A DNA stretch of 64,000 nt from IMG/VR virus record IMGVR_UViG_3300024270_000002. One strand, given 5' to 3'. The notes below the pieces were generated by a model, which worked only from the letters and a program-made list of their open reading frames with translations, ran no database searches and was not told where the DNA came from. How positions within the stretch are numbered: the stretch's first letter is position 1; each line of letters opens with the position of its first letter. Source of the stretch: a virus (lineage: Duplodnaviria > Caudoviricetes). The position numbers and the translations under genes were made by a program. This document shows positions 40,067-48,958 of this stretch, one piece after another.

Positions 40067-40698
40067 TGAACATGCAAGATCTTCCATTCTTCCCAGTAGC
40101 AGGAAGCGCCGGCGATACAGGTAAAGACGGTATTTCACCAACCGTGTCTGTAGAAGATATTTCTGGCGGGCATAGATTAATTATTGTAGATGCCACTGGC
40201 AGAAAAACAGTTGATATAATGAATGGCGTTGATGGTTTGCCTGGTGCGCAAGGCCCTATAGGAAATACTGGACCACAGGGTGAGCGCGGAGAAAAAGGCG
40301 ATAAGGGCGATAAGGGCGATAAAGGTGACCAAGGACTGACAGGCCATGATGGACCCAAAGGCGACCAAGGTGAGCCAGGAGAAAAAGGTGATACAGGAGA
40401 ACAGGGGCCACGAGGTGAACAAGGTCCAATAGGTCCTCAGGGACCTCAAGGAGAAAAAGGTGCTGATGGTCAACCTGGTAAAGACGGCGCCAATGGTATC
40501 AATGGTAAATCTGCCTATGAGTATGCAAAAGACGGTGGATATACTGAGACTGAAGCTACTTTTGCCGAGACTTTGGCTAATATTATCGATAAACGAAATA
40601 TTTCAATAGGTCTGCATACTGACGGCTTATTATATCTATTTATTAACGGCGAGCCGGCAGGAGCAGGCGTCACAATTAATACAGGTACCGAGGCTTAA
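40066..40698 (+). CDS. Collagen-like (Gly-X-Y) fibre protein
   Basis: Uninterrupted G-X-Y run; GKSAYEYA..GGY..TE..F motif. Confidence 0.85.
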   Translation: MNMQDLPFFPVAGSAGDTGKDGISPTVSVEDISGGHRLIIVDATGRKTVDIMNGVDGLPGAQGPIGNTGPQGERGEKGDKGDKGDKGDQGLTGHDGPKGDQGEPGEKGDTGEQGPRGEQGPIGPQGPQGEKGADGQPGKDGANGINGKSAYEYAKDGGYTETEATFAETLANIIDKRNISIGLHTDGLLYLFINGEPAGAGVTINTGTEA

Positions 40699-40711
40699 TT
40701 AAAAACAATAG

Positions 40712-40755
40712 AAAGAATAATACTGAAATTTTATTTTGGTATTATTCTTTTTTTT
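40712..40755 (+). terminator. Intrinsic terminator
   Basis: aaagaataatac/gtattattcttt plus T tract. Confidence 0.65.
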
Positions 40756-40813
40756 ATTAATTTAATAACCTACTTATCGTATTATAGAATAGCAACTTAT
40801 TAAGGAGGAACTT

Positions 40814-41923
40814 ATGATTTATACTTATCAAAAACGCTTGAAAGGAAAAAAGGTAGGAGTTGTTTTCGGAACCTTTGCTCCACTGCATCAAGGACACCTC
40901 GATGTTATTATGCGAGCTAAGAAAGAATGCGACGGAGGATGTGTCGTTATCGTAGACGGTAGAGAAGGTGATAGAGGCGGAGAGCTTATGCCTCTTAAGC
41001 TTCGTTATCGTTATGTAAGAGAATTCTTTGCTGATGATGATCTCGTGGCTGTTTATCCTATTGATGAAACTGAGCTTGGCATTGAAGCCTATCCGAATGG
41101 CTGGGACAAGTTCATCGATAAAGTCGAAGAAATTCTTGGTCGCGCAGCTACTCTTTGTGATTCTGTGTTTTATGTAAGCGAAGAAGAATACGCAACGCAT
41201 CTTGAGAGCCTTGGATACGAAGTAGTAAAGCTCGACAGAACGCTTAATCCTATTTCGGCAACAATGATCAGACAGAATCCTATTAAGTACTGGGATAAAA
41301 TTACTTTTCCTTTTAGAAGAGTATTCAGTACTAATATTCTTATTTGCGGCACAGCGAGTGAGGGAAAGACAACCTTGGTAAAAGACCTTGGTAAATATTT
41401 CAATGCACCATACTCGCATGAGTACGCCAGAGATTATATGAAAGAGAGTTCTATTTCTGAGTGGGAACTTGATGGAGCAGACTATCTTGCCTTTCTCGAT
41501 GGTCAGTATCAGATGAATAAGAAACTTATTAACTCGCCGAGCAATCAGGGAATCTTTTTCGCTGACTCTGACAGCATGACAACTCGTATGTATGCTGAGT
41601 ACTATCACAAAGATCCCGAGCTTGATCTCACAGAAGAAGAGTTTAAAGATATTGCTGTTGCTGCAGACGCTATTACTAAGAAGTGTCGTTGGGATAAGAT
41701 TTATCTGCTCTGTCCTCACGGAACATTTGTAGACGATCATACTCGCTATATGGCTTTTAGCGGTGATGCTGAAAGACAAGAGCTCTTTACTATTCTTTGT
41801 AATAATATTAAAGCCTCAGGAAATTGGGATAAGGTAGTTATTCTTGACGGCGGATATTATAATAACTTTAAGAAAATTGTTGATGATGTAAAGGAGATTA
41901 TTGAAAATGGTAAGATGGCTTAA
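40814..41923 (+). CDS. nadR: NadR-like bifunctional NMN adenylyltransferase / ribosylnicotinamide kinase
   Basis: FGTFAPLHQGH (HxGH), ISATMIR, P-loop GTASEGKTT, EYAR, FADSD. Confidence 0.9.
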   Translation: MIYTYQKRLKGKKVGVVFGTFAPLHQGHLDVIMRAKKECDGGCVVIVDGREGDRGGELMPLKLRYRYVREFFADDDLVAVYPIDETELGIEAYPNGWDKFIDKVEEILGRAATLCDSVFYVSEEEYATHLESLGYEVVKLDRTLNPISATMIRQNPIKYWDKITFPFRRVFSTNILICGTASEGKTTLVKDLGKYFNAPYSHEYARDYMKESSISEWELDGADYLAFLDGQYQMNKKLINSPSNQGIFFADSDSMTTRMYAEYYHKDPELDLTEEEFKDIAVAADAITKKCRWDKIYLLCPHGTFVDDHTRYMAFSGDAERQELFTILCNNIKASGNWDKVVILDGGYYNNFKKIVDDVKEIIENGKMA

Positions 41924-42590
41924 GAATGAATTTTGGAACGGTTACAGCACTTTTGAGAAAATCTTTTTTGCTTCTCTGATTTTGCTTCAGGTAATTATGT
42001 ATTTCATTGTGCCTGACTCTGCTATCGGAATTGTCTGCGGACTCGCCGGCGTTGTCTGCGTCGCCCTTACCGCAAAAGGAAAGATTTCTTCGTACATCTT
42101 TAACTTCATTCAGATGATTACTTATATGATTATCTGTTGGGACTTCGCCCTTTACCTTGAGTTTGGTGAGCAGGTATTCTACTTTATCGTTTGTATCTTC
42201 GGTGTATTTATGTGGAAGAAGAATATGACTAAGAATGAAGACGGTTCTGAACAGGTTAAGGCAAAGAAGTTTAAACTTTGGCAGTGGCTTGTGTCTGCTG
42301 GTGTAGTTGCTCTTAGTACCTTCTTGCTCGGCTACTTTGGTGATGCAGTTCTTGGAAGTACTCTTCCTTATCTTGATGCTATGACTGTTGCTCTCGCTGT
42401 TATTGCCCAGCTTCTTATGGTTTGGAGATATAGAGAGCAGTGGGCTTGTTGGATTCTTATTGACGTAGTAAGTTTGATTATGTTTATTATTCTCAGTCAG
42501 TGGTCTATGGTAGCTATGTATATTGCTTGGACTGCTAATGCTTTCTATGGTTGGTATAACTGGAGCAAACTTGAGAAGGTTGCTAACTAA
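41907..42590 (+). CDS. pnuC: Nicotinamide riboside transporter PnuC
   Basis: Multi-TM protein; PYLDA, AQLLM.WRY.EQW..WI..D, YGWYNW motifs; coupled to nadR. Confidence 0.88.
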   Translation: MVRWLKNEFWNGYSTFEKIFFASLILLQVIMYFIVPDSAIGIVCGLAGVVCVALTAKGKISSYIFNFIQMITYMIICWDFALYLEFGEQVFYFIVCIFGVFMWKKNMTKNEDGSEQVKAKKFKLWQWLVSAGVVALSTFLLGYFGDAVLGSTLPYLDAMTVALAVIAQLLMVWRYREQWACWILIDVVSLIMFIILSQWSMVAMYIAWTANAFYGWYNWSKLEKVAN

Positions 42591-42604
42591 TTAAAGAACA
42601 ATAT

Positions 42605-42646
42605 AAAGAACAATACTAGACAAAAAGTTTAGTATTGTTCTTTTTT
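42605..42646. terminator. Probable bidirectional terminator
   Basis: aaagaacaatacta/tagtattgttcttt between convergent genes. Confidence 0.7.
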
Positions 42647-42677
42647 ATCTATATTCATATTGTATTATTATATGTAC

Positions 42678-43232
42678 TTATGATAATTCTTGAATCTTTT
42701 TAATGGCTAAAGTGGCGAGTCTTTCTTTATCTGACTTACGATTTGAGTATCGAACAAAAGATCGCAAAACTGCGTAAAGATCTGTCATAGGACTTATCTC
42801 CGCCTCAAACTTCTTTAAGTTAGCATTTACTTCATCTAACTTTGCGCGGCTTTCTACAAACTTACGTTGTATAAGCTCTTCTACCTTGACCTCATATGCG
42901 AGTCCATCAGTTATTTTGTAAATAGGTACTGTGGACTTTGCTTTTTGAGATAGGAAAGAAAACTTAGCGGTTTCATTTTCAATGCTAATTCTGTAATGAC
43001 TGTTGCTGCGATTACTTGTAATTCCTGTCGTTTGAAGTATTATCTTGCCGGTTATTGTAGTACAGTCGCCATCGTCTAAATAGATACTGCCTCCATTTTC
43101 GAGAGCTTGCTTAATTAAAGTCTGCTTATAATTTTCTGCGTCTACTTTGTCTAAGTAAGATAAACTTATAAACAACTCGCAAGTAGATTTGTCAGAAAGC
43201 TTTGCTTGTTGATAAATAGTACAATAGAACAT
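42678..43232 (-). CDS. Hypothetical protein; the only clear minus-strand gene
   Basis: ATG at 43232 with aaggagg RBS and TTTACA-N17-TATGAT promoter (43295-43267). Confidence 0.75.
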   Translation of the reverse strand: MFYCTIYQQAKLSDKSTCELFISLSYLDKVDAENYKQTLIKQALENGGSIYLDDGDCTTITGKIILQTTGITSNRSNSHYRISIENETAKFSFLSQKAKSTVPIYKITDGLAYEVKVEELIQRKFVESRAKLDEVNANLKKFEAEISPMTDLYAVLRSFVRYSNRKSDKERLATLAIKKIQELS

Positions 43233-43378
43233 ATGTAATCCTCCTTTTAATTTTTTATTTATTCTTATCATATCATAGAAGATTTGTTTTGTAAACAGCT
43301 AATTTTTATTTTTTGGTAATTCTTCTGCTCGCCGTATTGTATTATAAAATATAAAGTTTATTTAGGAGGACTTGGATA

Positions 43379-44422
43379 ATGGCAAATACTATAGATGAAC
43401 TGTTTAACGACCTTGTAATGAAAATTGCAAGTGATGCTACAAAAGCCGATAAGGAAACCATTGAAAGACTTGCTAAAGAAAATGTTGACCTTAAGAAAGC
43501 AAATGTTTTATTAACTAAGGCGGCAAATAGAGTTGCAGCTGCCGATGATAATTATACACTCTTTAATTTTCTTATGAACAGAATTAAGAGAAATATTGAA
43601 GGCCTTGACGGAGAAGAGAAAGCTAAAGCTGTTTATGATTTTCTTGATTGCTTCTTTGAAAGAGATTTTATAGAAAATACTTATGAGGCCCCTCTATGGC
43701 TAGGTTGTGGTACTCTTTATTATAATAACAGAAAAGAAGTCTTTGCAATTTTGAGAGCTCTTGGCTTTACGCTTCCTGAAGGCATTGAAAACTTTAGACT
43801 GCCGCATGACTGGACCGAAGATGAACTTGATGAAGTCTTTGAGCACATGTCAAACCATGTAAACTGTAACAGTTGCTATTTCAGAGATAATCTCAGATAC
43901 TGGAAGCCTAACGCTCTTGACGACCCAATTAAAGTCTGTAGCCAATCTTTTACTGAAATCCCGTGGCAGTTCCTGCTTAGAAATCCTCTGCTTAAGAAAG
44001 AAAAGTACTTGAAGGAAATCGGTAGAATGTTTTGTGTGCCTAACGGAAAGTACCACGCTTACCAGTGGTATCACTTTGCAAAGATTACTGAATATCTGGA
44101 ATTAACAGCTGAAGAAATTAAACTTATTATCGATAACATTGATTATTCTCATTACAATAATAAGGACGAGGACTTGAAGAGATTCTTATTAAATAACGTT
44201 AACCTTATCGATAATGAAGTTTTCTTGGATATACTTTATACATATAACAAAGGTTCTTATGATTTTAAGTATACCAACACAATTCTTAAAATGCCTCGTA
44301 GATATGTAAAGTATTATATGAGAGATACTCATGATCTTGAGTGGCTTAAGAAGAATAGTGATAAGTTCACTAAAGAACAGATTACCGAACTTACTTTGGT
44401 TGCTCTTGGCGTTGAGGAGTAA
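43379..44422 (+). CDS. Hypothetical protein
   Basis: 347 aa, RBS aggagg. Confidence 0.75.
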   Translation: MANTIDELFNDLVMKIASDATKADKETIERLAKENVDLKKANVLLTKAANRVAAADDNYTLFNFLMNRIKRNIEGLDGEEKAKAVYDFLDCFFERDFIENTYEAPLWLGCGTLYYNNRKEVFAILRALGFTLPEGIENFRLPHDWTEDELDEVFEHMSNHVNCNSCYFRDNLRYWKPNALDDPIKVCSQSFTEIPWQFLLRNPLLKKEKYLKEIGRMFCVPNGKYHAYQWYHFAKITEYLELTAEEIKLIIDNIDYSHYNNKDEDLKRFLLNNVNLIDNEVFLDILYTYNKGSYDFKYTNTILKMPRRYVKYYMRDTHDLEWLKKNSDKFTKEQITELTLVALGVEE

Positions 44423-44437
44423 TAAGGAGGCTGTGTT

Positions 44438-44854
44438 ATGAGAAAAGAATGGTTTGAAAAGCTTAGTGAAATTGATAAAGCTAATGAAACTATAATCGGC
44501 ATTCAGGAGCTGAGGCCTTATATCTACAATAGAACCCTGTTGTATGGCTATACTTGTGAACGAGAAACTTTTCACGTTTACTTAAAAGACCAAAAGACTT
44601 ATACAGTAGTTTATAAAACAGACTACTCACGAGGAGCTCCGATGCCTAAGAATATGCGGCAAATTGAAGTAAATTCAAATAGAGACTTTGTTCCCGATAA
44701 AAGACTTTATCCTGAAAGATGTGATTATCACTTCTGTCGAGCTCTTAAAGAAAGAGGAATTGATCTTCCTTTTACTCACTGGAGTGAAGAGATTGAGCCA
44801 AACGAAAAAGGCTATTGTGGCTTTACCTTAGAAGATATAGGAGATATACAATGA
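44438..44854 (+). CDS. Hypothetical phage protein
   Basis: RTLLYGYT..RETFHVYL...PDKRLYPE.CD..FC..L motif; RBS aaggagg. Confidence 0.75.
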   Translation: MRKEWFEKLSEIDKANETIIGIQELRPYIYNRTLLYGYTCERETFHVYLKDQKTYTVVYKTDYSRGAPMPKNMRQIEVNSNRDFVPDKRLYPERCDYHFCRALKERGIDLPFTHWSEEIEPNEKGYCGFTLEDIGDIQ

Positions 44855-45147
44855 AAACAAAACAAACGTATAATCCATGCGACGATTGCCAGTATTCTTA
44901 CTCTAAAAACGGTCAAGAAAGCGGAATGTGTAAAATCTGCGAATTTACTTATTTCAGAAATCGGGTACCAAAAGAAGGAAAGTGGCAGGTTGCTGATACA
45001 CTGCGTAAAGACGACGACGGTATTACTTGGAGTAGATACAGCTGTTCAGAATGTAAGTGTACAACAGAAGCTTATTATAGTGACCCACTAGATATTAGTA
45101 GGTTCTGTCCTAATTGCGGAGCGAAAATGAATGGAGGAAATAATTAA
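44851..45147 (+). CDS. Small Zn-ribbon protein
   Basis: CDDC, CKIC, CSEC, FCPNCGAKM. Confidence 0.7.
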   Translation: MKTKQTYNPCDDCQYSYSKNGQESGMCKICEFTYFRNRVPKEGKWQVADTLRKDDDGITWSRYSCSECKCTTEAYYSDPLDISRFCPNCGAKMNGGNN

Positions 45148-45294
45148 ATGGATAGATATGATTTTATGTCAATGGTTGACGATATTTTTAAAGAGTGCGA
45201 CTCTGTAGAAGACATAGCCAACAGATATATACAAATGAAAAAAGATTTAGATAGTCTGTTCCAACAAAATATTGCATTGAAGGGCGGATACTAA
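45148..45294 (+). CDS. Small hypothetical protein (48 aa; not in ORF track)
   Basis: MDRYDFMSMVDDIFKECDSVEDIANRYIQMKKDLDSLFQQNIALKGGY; RBS ggagg; fills the gap between neighbours. Confidence 0.6.
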   Translation: MDRYDFMSMVDDIFKECDSVEDIANRYIQMKKDLDSLFQQNIALKGGY

Positions 45295-45295
45295 T

Positions 45296-45679
45296 ATGGA
45301 TCATGTAAATATTATTTCTAAAGAAGCTATTACAATGATGGCACCTTGGATAAGTAATGTTATTTGTATCTTCGGATTTTCTATGATTATCTTTCTTATT
45401 GGCTGTTTAGCCTATTCTTCACTCAGTCACAATAAGAAGCTTTCTAATGAAAAGCTATTGAAAGTAATTCTTTGGACAGGCACTGTCGGCTTGTGTACAC
45501 TTCTTATTCTTGGGCTTATTGCTGGTATTTTCTTCAGAGTTCCTAGTGGAAGATATAAATACACAGCAACTATAGATGAAGAAAATATGACAGTAGCAGA
45601 GTATAACGAATTTATGAAGGCTTATAGTCACAGCTACTGTAAAGACGGAATTTATTATTTCGAGGACTGGGCTGAATAA
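45296..45679 (+). CDS. Two-TM membrane protein
   Basis: Two hydrophobic segments. Confidence 0.7.
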   Translation: MDHVNIISKEAITMMAPWISNVICIFGFSMIIFLIGCLAYSSLSHNKKLSNEKLLKVILWTGTVGLCTLLILGLIAGIFFRVPSGRYKYTATIDEENMTVAEYNEFMKAYSHSYCKDGIYYFEDWAE

Positions 45680-45682
45680 GGT

Positions 45683-45922
45683 ATGGAAAATAATAATAAA
45701 CTTTGGTGTGAAGAATATAAGGACTACTACGGAAATTCTGATCAACAATACGGAGGCATACTAACAGATTTATATACACTTCCAGTAGGAACAAAATTTT
45801 CTGTCGCAAACGGTTGGTGGGAAGGAGAAAAACTAGAAGATGAGTATATCCTAGTTCACGCTCCAACCGGAGACAGAAGAGTAAAACTAACCGAGGAATA
45901 TCATTCCCTGTATCTACAATAA
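45683..45922 (+). CDS. Hypothetical protein
   Basis: 79 aa ORF followed by terminator hairpin aagactatatc/gatatagtctt. Confidence 0.65.
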   Translation: MENNNKLWCEEYKDYYGNSDQQYGGILTDLYTLPVGTKFSVANGWWEGEKLEDEYILVHAPTGDRRVKLTEEYHSLYLQ

Positions 45923-46326
45923 TCCTATAAGACTATATCCGTAAGATATAGTCTTTCTCTTTTCTGCCGGCATGAAAAATATTAATTACAGATTTTACGT
46001 TTTTATTATATATAAATATATAGAAAATATATTATTACAATACTTTAAAAACGAAATAGACGTTTTTATTGATTAAGCTCTCAACTTTTAGTATATAGAT
46101 AATATATCATATATGATAAATAAACTATCACTTTCTTCCTTAACCTATCATATTTGATAAATTATCAAGTTATTAAAATAATAAATTAAGTTAAAATATT
46201 TACGCTAAATTAATTGAATGGGAAAATAGAGTTGCGAGAAGTAGACTCTAAAATAAATAATAAAATTTTTTAGAGCTTCTGAGAATACGGACTTTCTCGG
46301 AGGCTTCCTTAATATAAGGAGAATAT

Positions 46327-47193
46327 ATGAGACTAAGAGAATGGCAAGATGCTAACGGAAAGAAAGTAAATACAGGTTCTTCTGCTCCGGTACAGAGTAC
46401 TTCAGGAACCTCTTCCGGCAGCTTTAAGAAAAGATTAGATAAATTAGTAACTTACTACGGACAACATCTTCCTGCAGGAATAGATTATATAGATGTTACA
46501 CTGCTTACTCCCGACACCTTAGTATTTACCGAGCACTACGACACAGGCTCTAAGGCAGTCTGTAGAATCTATATAGGTGCTACTACGGAAGCTTGGAGCT
46601 TTAGAGTGTCTGTAGACGGAAAGCCTACTGACGACCTTTCTGGTATGGGTTGGACAGAACTTCTAAAAACTCTTCGAGCTTATATAACTGTTCCGGTAGT
46701 AAGTACTCCAGAGTATAAGAGTTTACTTACTGAGTGGGTCGACTCTAAAGGAAATAAAATTTCTAAAGTTTCGCAGCCGGCTTCAAGTAGTTCTTCTACT
46801 CCTTCTAAAACTAATAAAGAAAAGTTTACTGATTTGATCGATTACATGATGAAACATAAAAGTTCTTTGGTAACTAAGGCAGAGATCATTAGATTAGACG
46901 ACGGTGGTTTTACTTATAAAGAACAGTGGCATAGTCCTTCTGCTGGACAAGATTATATTTTAACTTTATTAGTAGGCTATAGTAGATTTAATTCTTCTTG
47001 GCGATATGAACTTTATATGGATACTTCTTTAATTAAGGAAGCTCAAGGTTCCGGCTGGGAAGACCTACTTGAAGAACTTGAGAAATACTTCCATGTTCCT
47101 AAGGCGTGCATGAAAGAGTATAAAGATTTATGTGAGTCTCTTTCTATAGCCGATGACTTTAAGCTCTATGAAAACTTATGGGAGAGTATATGA
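46327..47193 (+). CDS. Tandem-duplicated-domain protein, putative head cargo
   Basis: Two homologous halves beginning LREWQDANGKKV / LTEWVDSKGNKI and ending G.GW.ELL..L..Y..VP....EYK.L; late motif at 46204. Confidence 0.75.
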   Translation: MRLREWQDANGKKVNTGSSAPVQSTSGTSSGSFKKRLDKLVTYYGQHLPAGIDYIDVTLLTPDTLVFTEHYDTGSKAVCRIYIGATTEAWSFRVSVDGKPTDDLSGMGWTELLKTLRAYITVPVVSTPEYKSLLTEWVDSKGNKISKVSQPASSSSSTPSKTNKEKFTDLIDYMMKHKSSLVTKAEIIRLDDGGFTYKEQWHSPSAGQDYILTLLVGYSRFNSSWRYELYMDTSLIKEAQGSGWEDLLEELEKYFHVPKACMKEYKDLCESLSIADDFKLYENLWESI

Positions 47194-47194
47194 T

Positions 47195-47734
47195 ATGAAT
47201 TTACTAAATGCCTTCGGGCTTCTTAATATGATAAATGAAAATCTTGATGGTTATCAGGAAGAATATAAGAACTATGTTATAGAACATAAAGAAAGAGTTA
47301 CTCAATTTTCTTCTTGGCTCCAGAAAGAATGTCCAGACCTTTTTGAGAATATAGATATAGAAGATTTTAATTCTCTTATAGCTGAGCACGACGAATCTAA
47401 ATTTTCTGAAGAAGAGTTCGAACCCTACGCTCAGAAGTGGTACGGCGACGGTAAAGAGACAAGAGAGTACGAGGCAGCTTGGGAACATCATTATATGAAT
47501 AATGAACATCACCCTGAGTACTGGGCCGGAGAAGATATGCCTTATATCTATATATTAGAAATGATTTGTGACTGGGGTTCCTTCTCTATAGCTTCAGGAG
47601 ATATGAAAGAACTTTCTGACTTTTATTTTAATAAAGCTAAAGCAGACCCAGAGAAAAATCTTTCTGAAGCCACTCAGGAAATTATAGAAGACATACTTTC
47701 TCGTATTGATTCCGTTCTCGCCGACGAAGAATAA
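47195..47734 (+). CDS. HD-superfamily phosphohydrolase (DUF5662-like)
   Basis: H...V, HDESKF..EEF, AW.HH...N.HHPEYW, MP..Y..EM.CDW. Confidence 0.75.
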   Translation: MNLLNAFGLLNMINENLDGYQEEYKNYVIEHKERVTQFSSWLQKECPDLFENIDIEDFNSLIAEHDESKFSEEEFEPYAQKWYGDGKETREYEAAWEHHYMNNEHHPEYWAGEDMPYIYILEMICDWGSFSIASGDMKELSDFYFNKAKADPEKNLSEATQEIIEDILSRIDSVLADEE

Positions 47735-48628
47735 AAAATAAAGACCTTCTTTTTAGTAGGTCTTTTTATAATAGTTCTAAAACTCTTTCTGTCGCCCTTT
47801 ATACTCTTTAGTATATAAGTTTATTGCTGCCGGTCTCTAAACGCGACAGAAAGAGAATTTGAGCTGCCTGAGCTGGTTCCGATAGCTCGACAGCTTCTTT
47901 TATATTATAACCGAAAATATCAATATTTATTCTGGCTCAATTTAAGGCACCTATTTCGCTTTTAATAGCCTTAGATATATAAGTACTAGGCCCTAGGTAT
48001 AAAAGCTCGATACAGTAGATTCTGGAGCCGCCTGTTAAGCTTTTGCTGTCCTGACCAGGCCTGTAATTAAAAAGTTTACGAAATATTCACAATTTCGTTA
48101 TTAAATTATTAACTTAATAAATTAATAGATAGTTAAATTTTTAACAAGCCCTAATAAAATAATATATTTTTTTCTAAAAATTTTTCATTAATTTATTAAA
48201 TTACTAAAGTTTATACTGTATTATATATTGTATATAACTATATATAAATAAAAAATACTATATAAATATACTTTATTGTATATCTATATAGCTCCCGAGA
48301 AATTTCTATATATTTTTAGCTACATACTTCTGCTTTCCTGAAGGTATAGTGGTAGCTAAAAATATATATTATAATATATTATATATATTTAAATACTTAT
48401 TTTATTTAACTTTACAATCAGCTTGCTGATTGTCTACGTTTCGAAAACCTAACGGTTTTCTCAACGTATTGAGTATCTAAGAAGTATTTTCAAATAAACT
48501 TATAAACTTATTAAGTTTAGCAGATTATTTTAATTAAAAAAATATTTTTTTAGAAAAATTATAAATTTATCGGCCGAGGAGGCCCAGCAACATTTGCGAA
48601 CATATTATATCAAGGAGCTAAAATTTAA
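47735..48628. other. About 0.9 kb non-coding AT-rich region with many inverted repeats; candidate replication origin or regulatory hub
   Basis: No ORF; very AT-rich core (about 48070-48290); IRs at 47783-47855, 48307-48368, 48414-48433, 48443-48460; upstream of helicase. Confidence 0.45.
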
Positions 48629-48934
48629 ATGAAAACATTAGTTGCACATAAAACCCCTATAATTAGATGCCCACACTGTGGTGCAGAATATCTTCCTGGA
48701 GAAGTCTACATGCCTGGCTCTCTTATTGGTCAGCCGGAGGATCTTGTTAAGGACTCTTTGGGTAAAGTTATTTACGAGGATTACCGTGATGGTAAGGAGC
48801 CGGACATGATAGAGCATTTTACATGTGAATACTGTGATAAGCCTTTTATAGTAGAAGCTACTATTACATATAAGTCTAGAGAAGAAGCACCTGAGAACGA
48901 TTTTAGTACTCAGTACGTTTCGTTGCTCGACTAA
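48629..48934 (+). CDS. Zn-ribbon protein
   Basis: CPHCG...CEYCD. Confidence 0.7.
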   Translation: MKTLVAHKTPIIRCPHCGAEYLPGEVYMPGSLIGQPEDLVKDSLGKVIYEDYRDGKEPDMIEHFTCEYCDKPFIVEATITYKSREEAPENDFSTQYVSLLD

Positions 48935-48958
48935 AAGGTAATTTAGGAGATTTCATAA

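Noticed and set aside
40757-41779. 340-aa minus-strand ORF
   Set aside because: Antisense shadow of nadR; the same applies to other nested minus ORFs such as 9986-10546, 57351-58043 and 63097-63813.
47195-47734. DatZ of a 2-aminoadenine (Z-genome) pathway
   Set aside because: Motifs fit DUF5662-like HD proteins and no purZ is present in the window.
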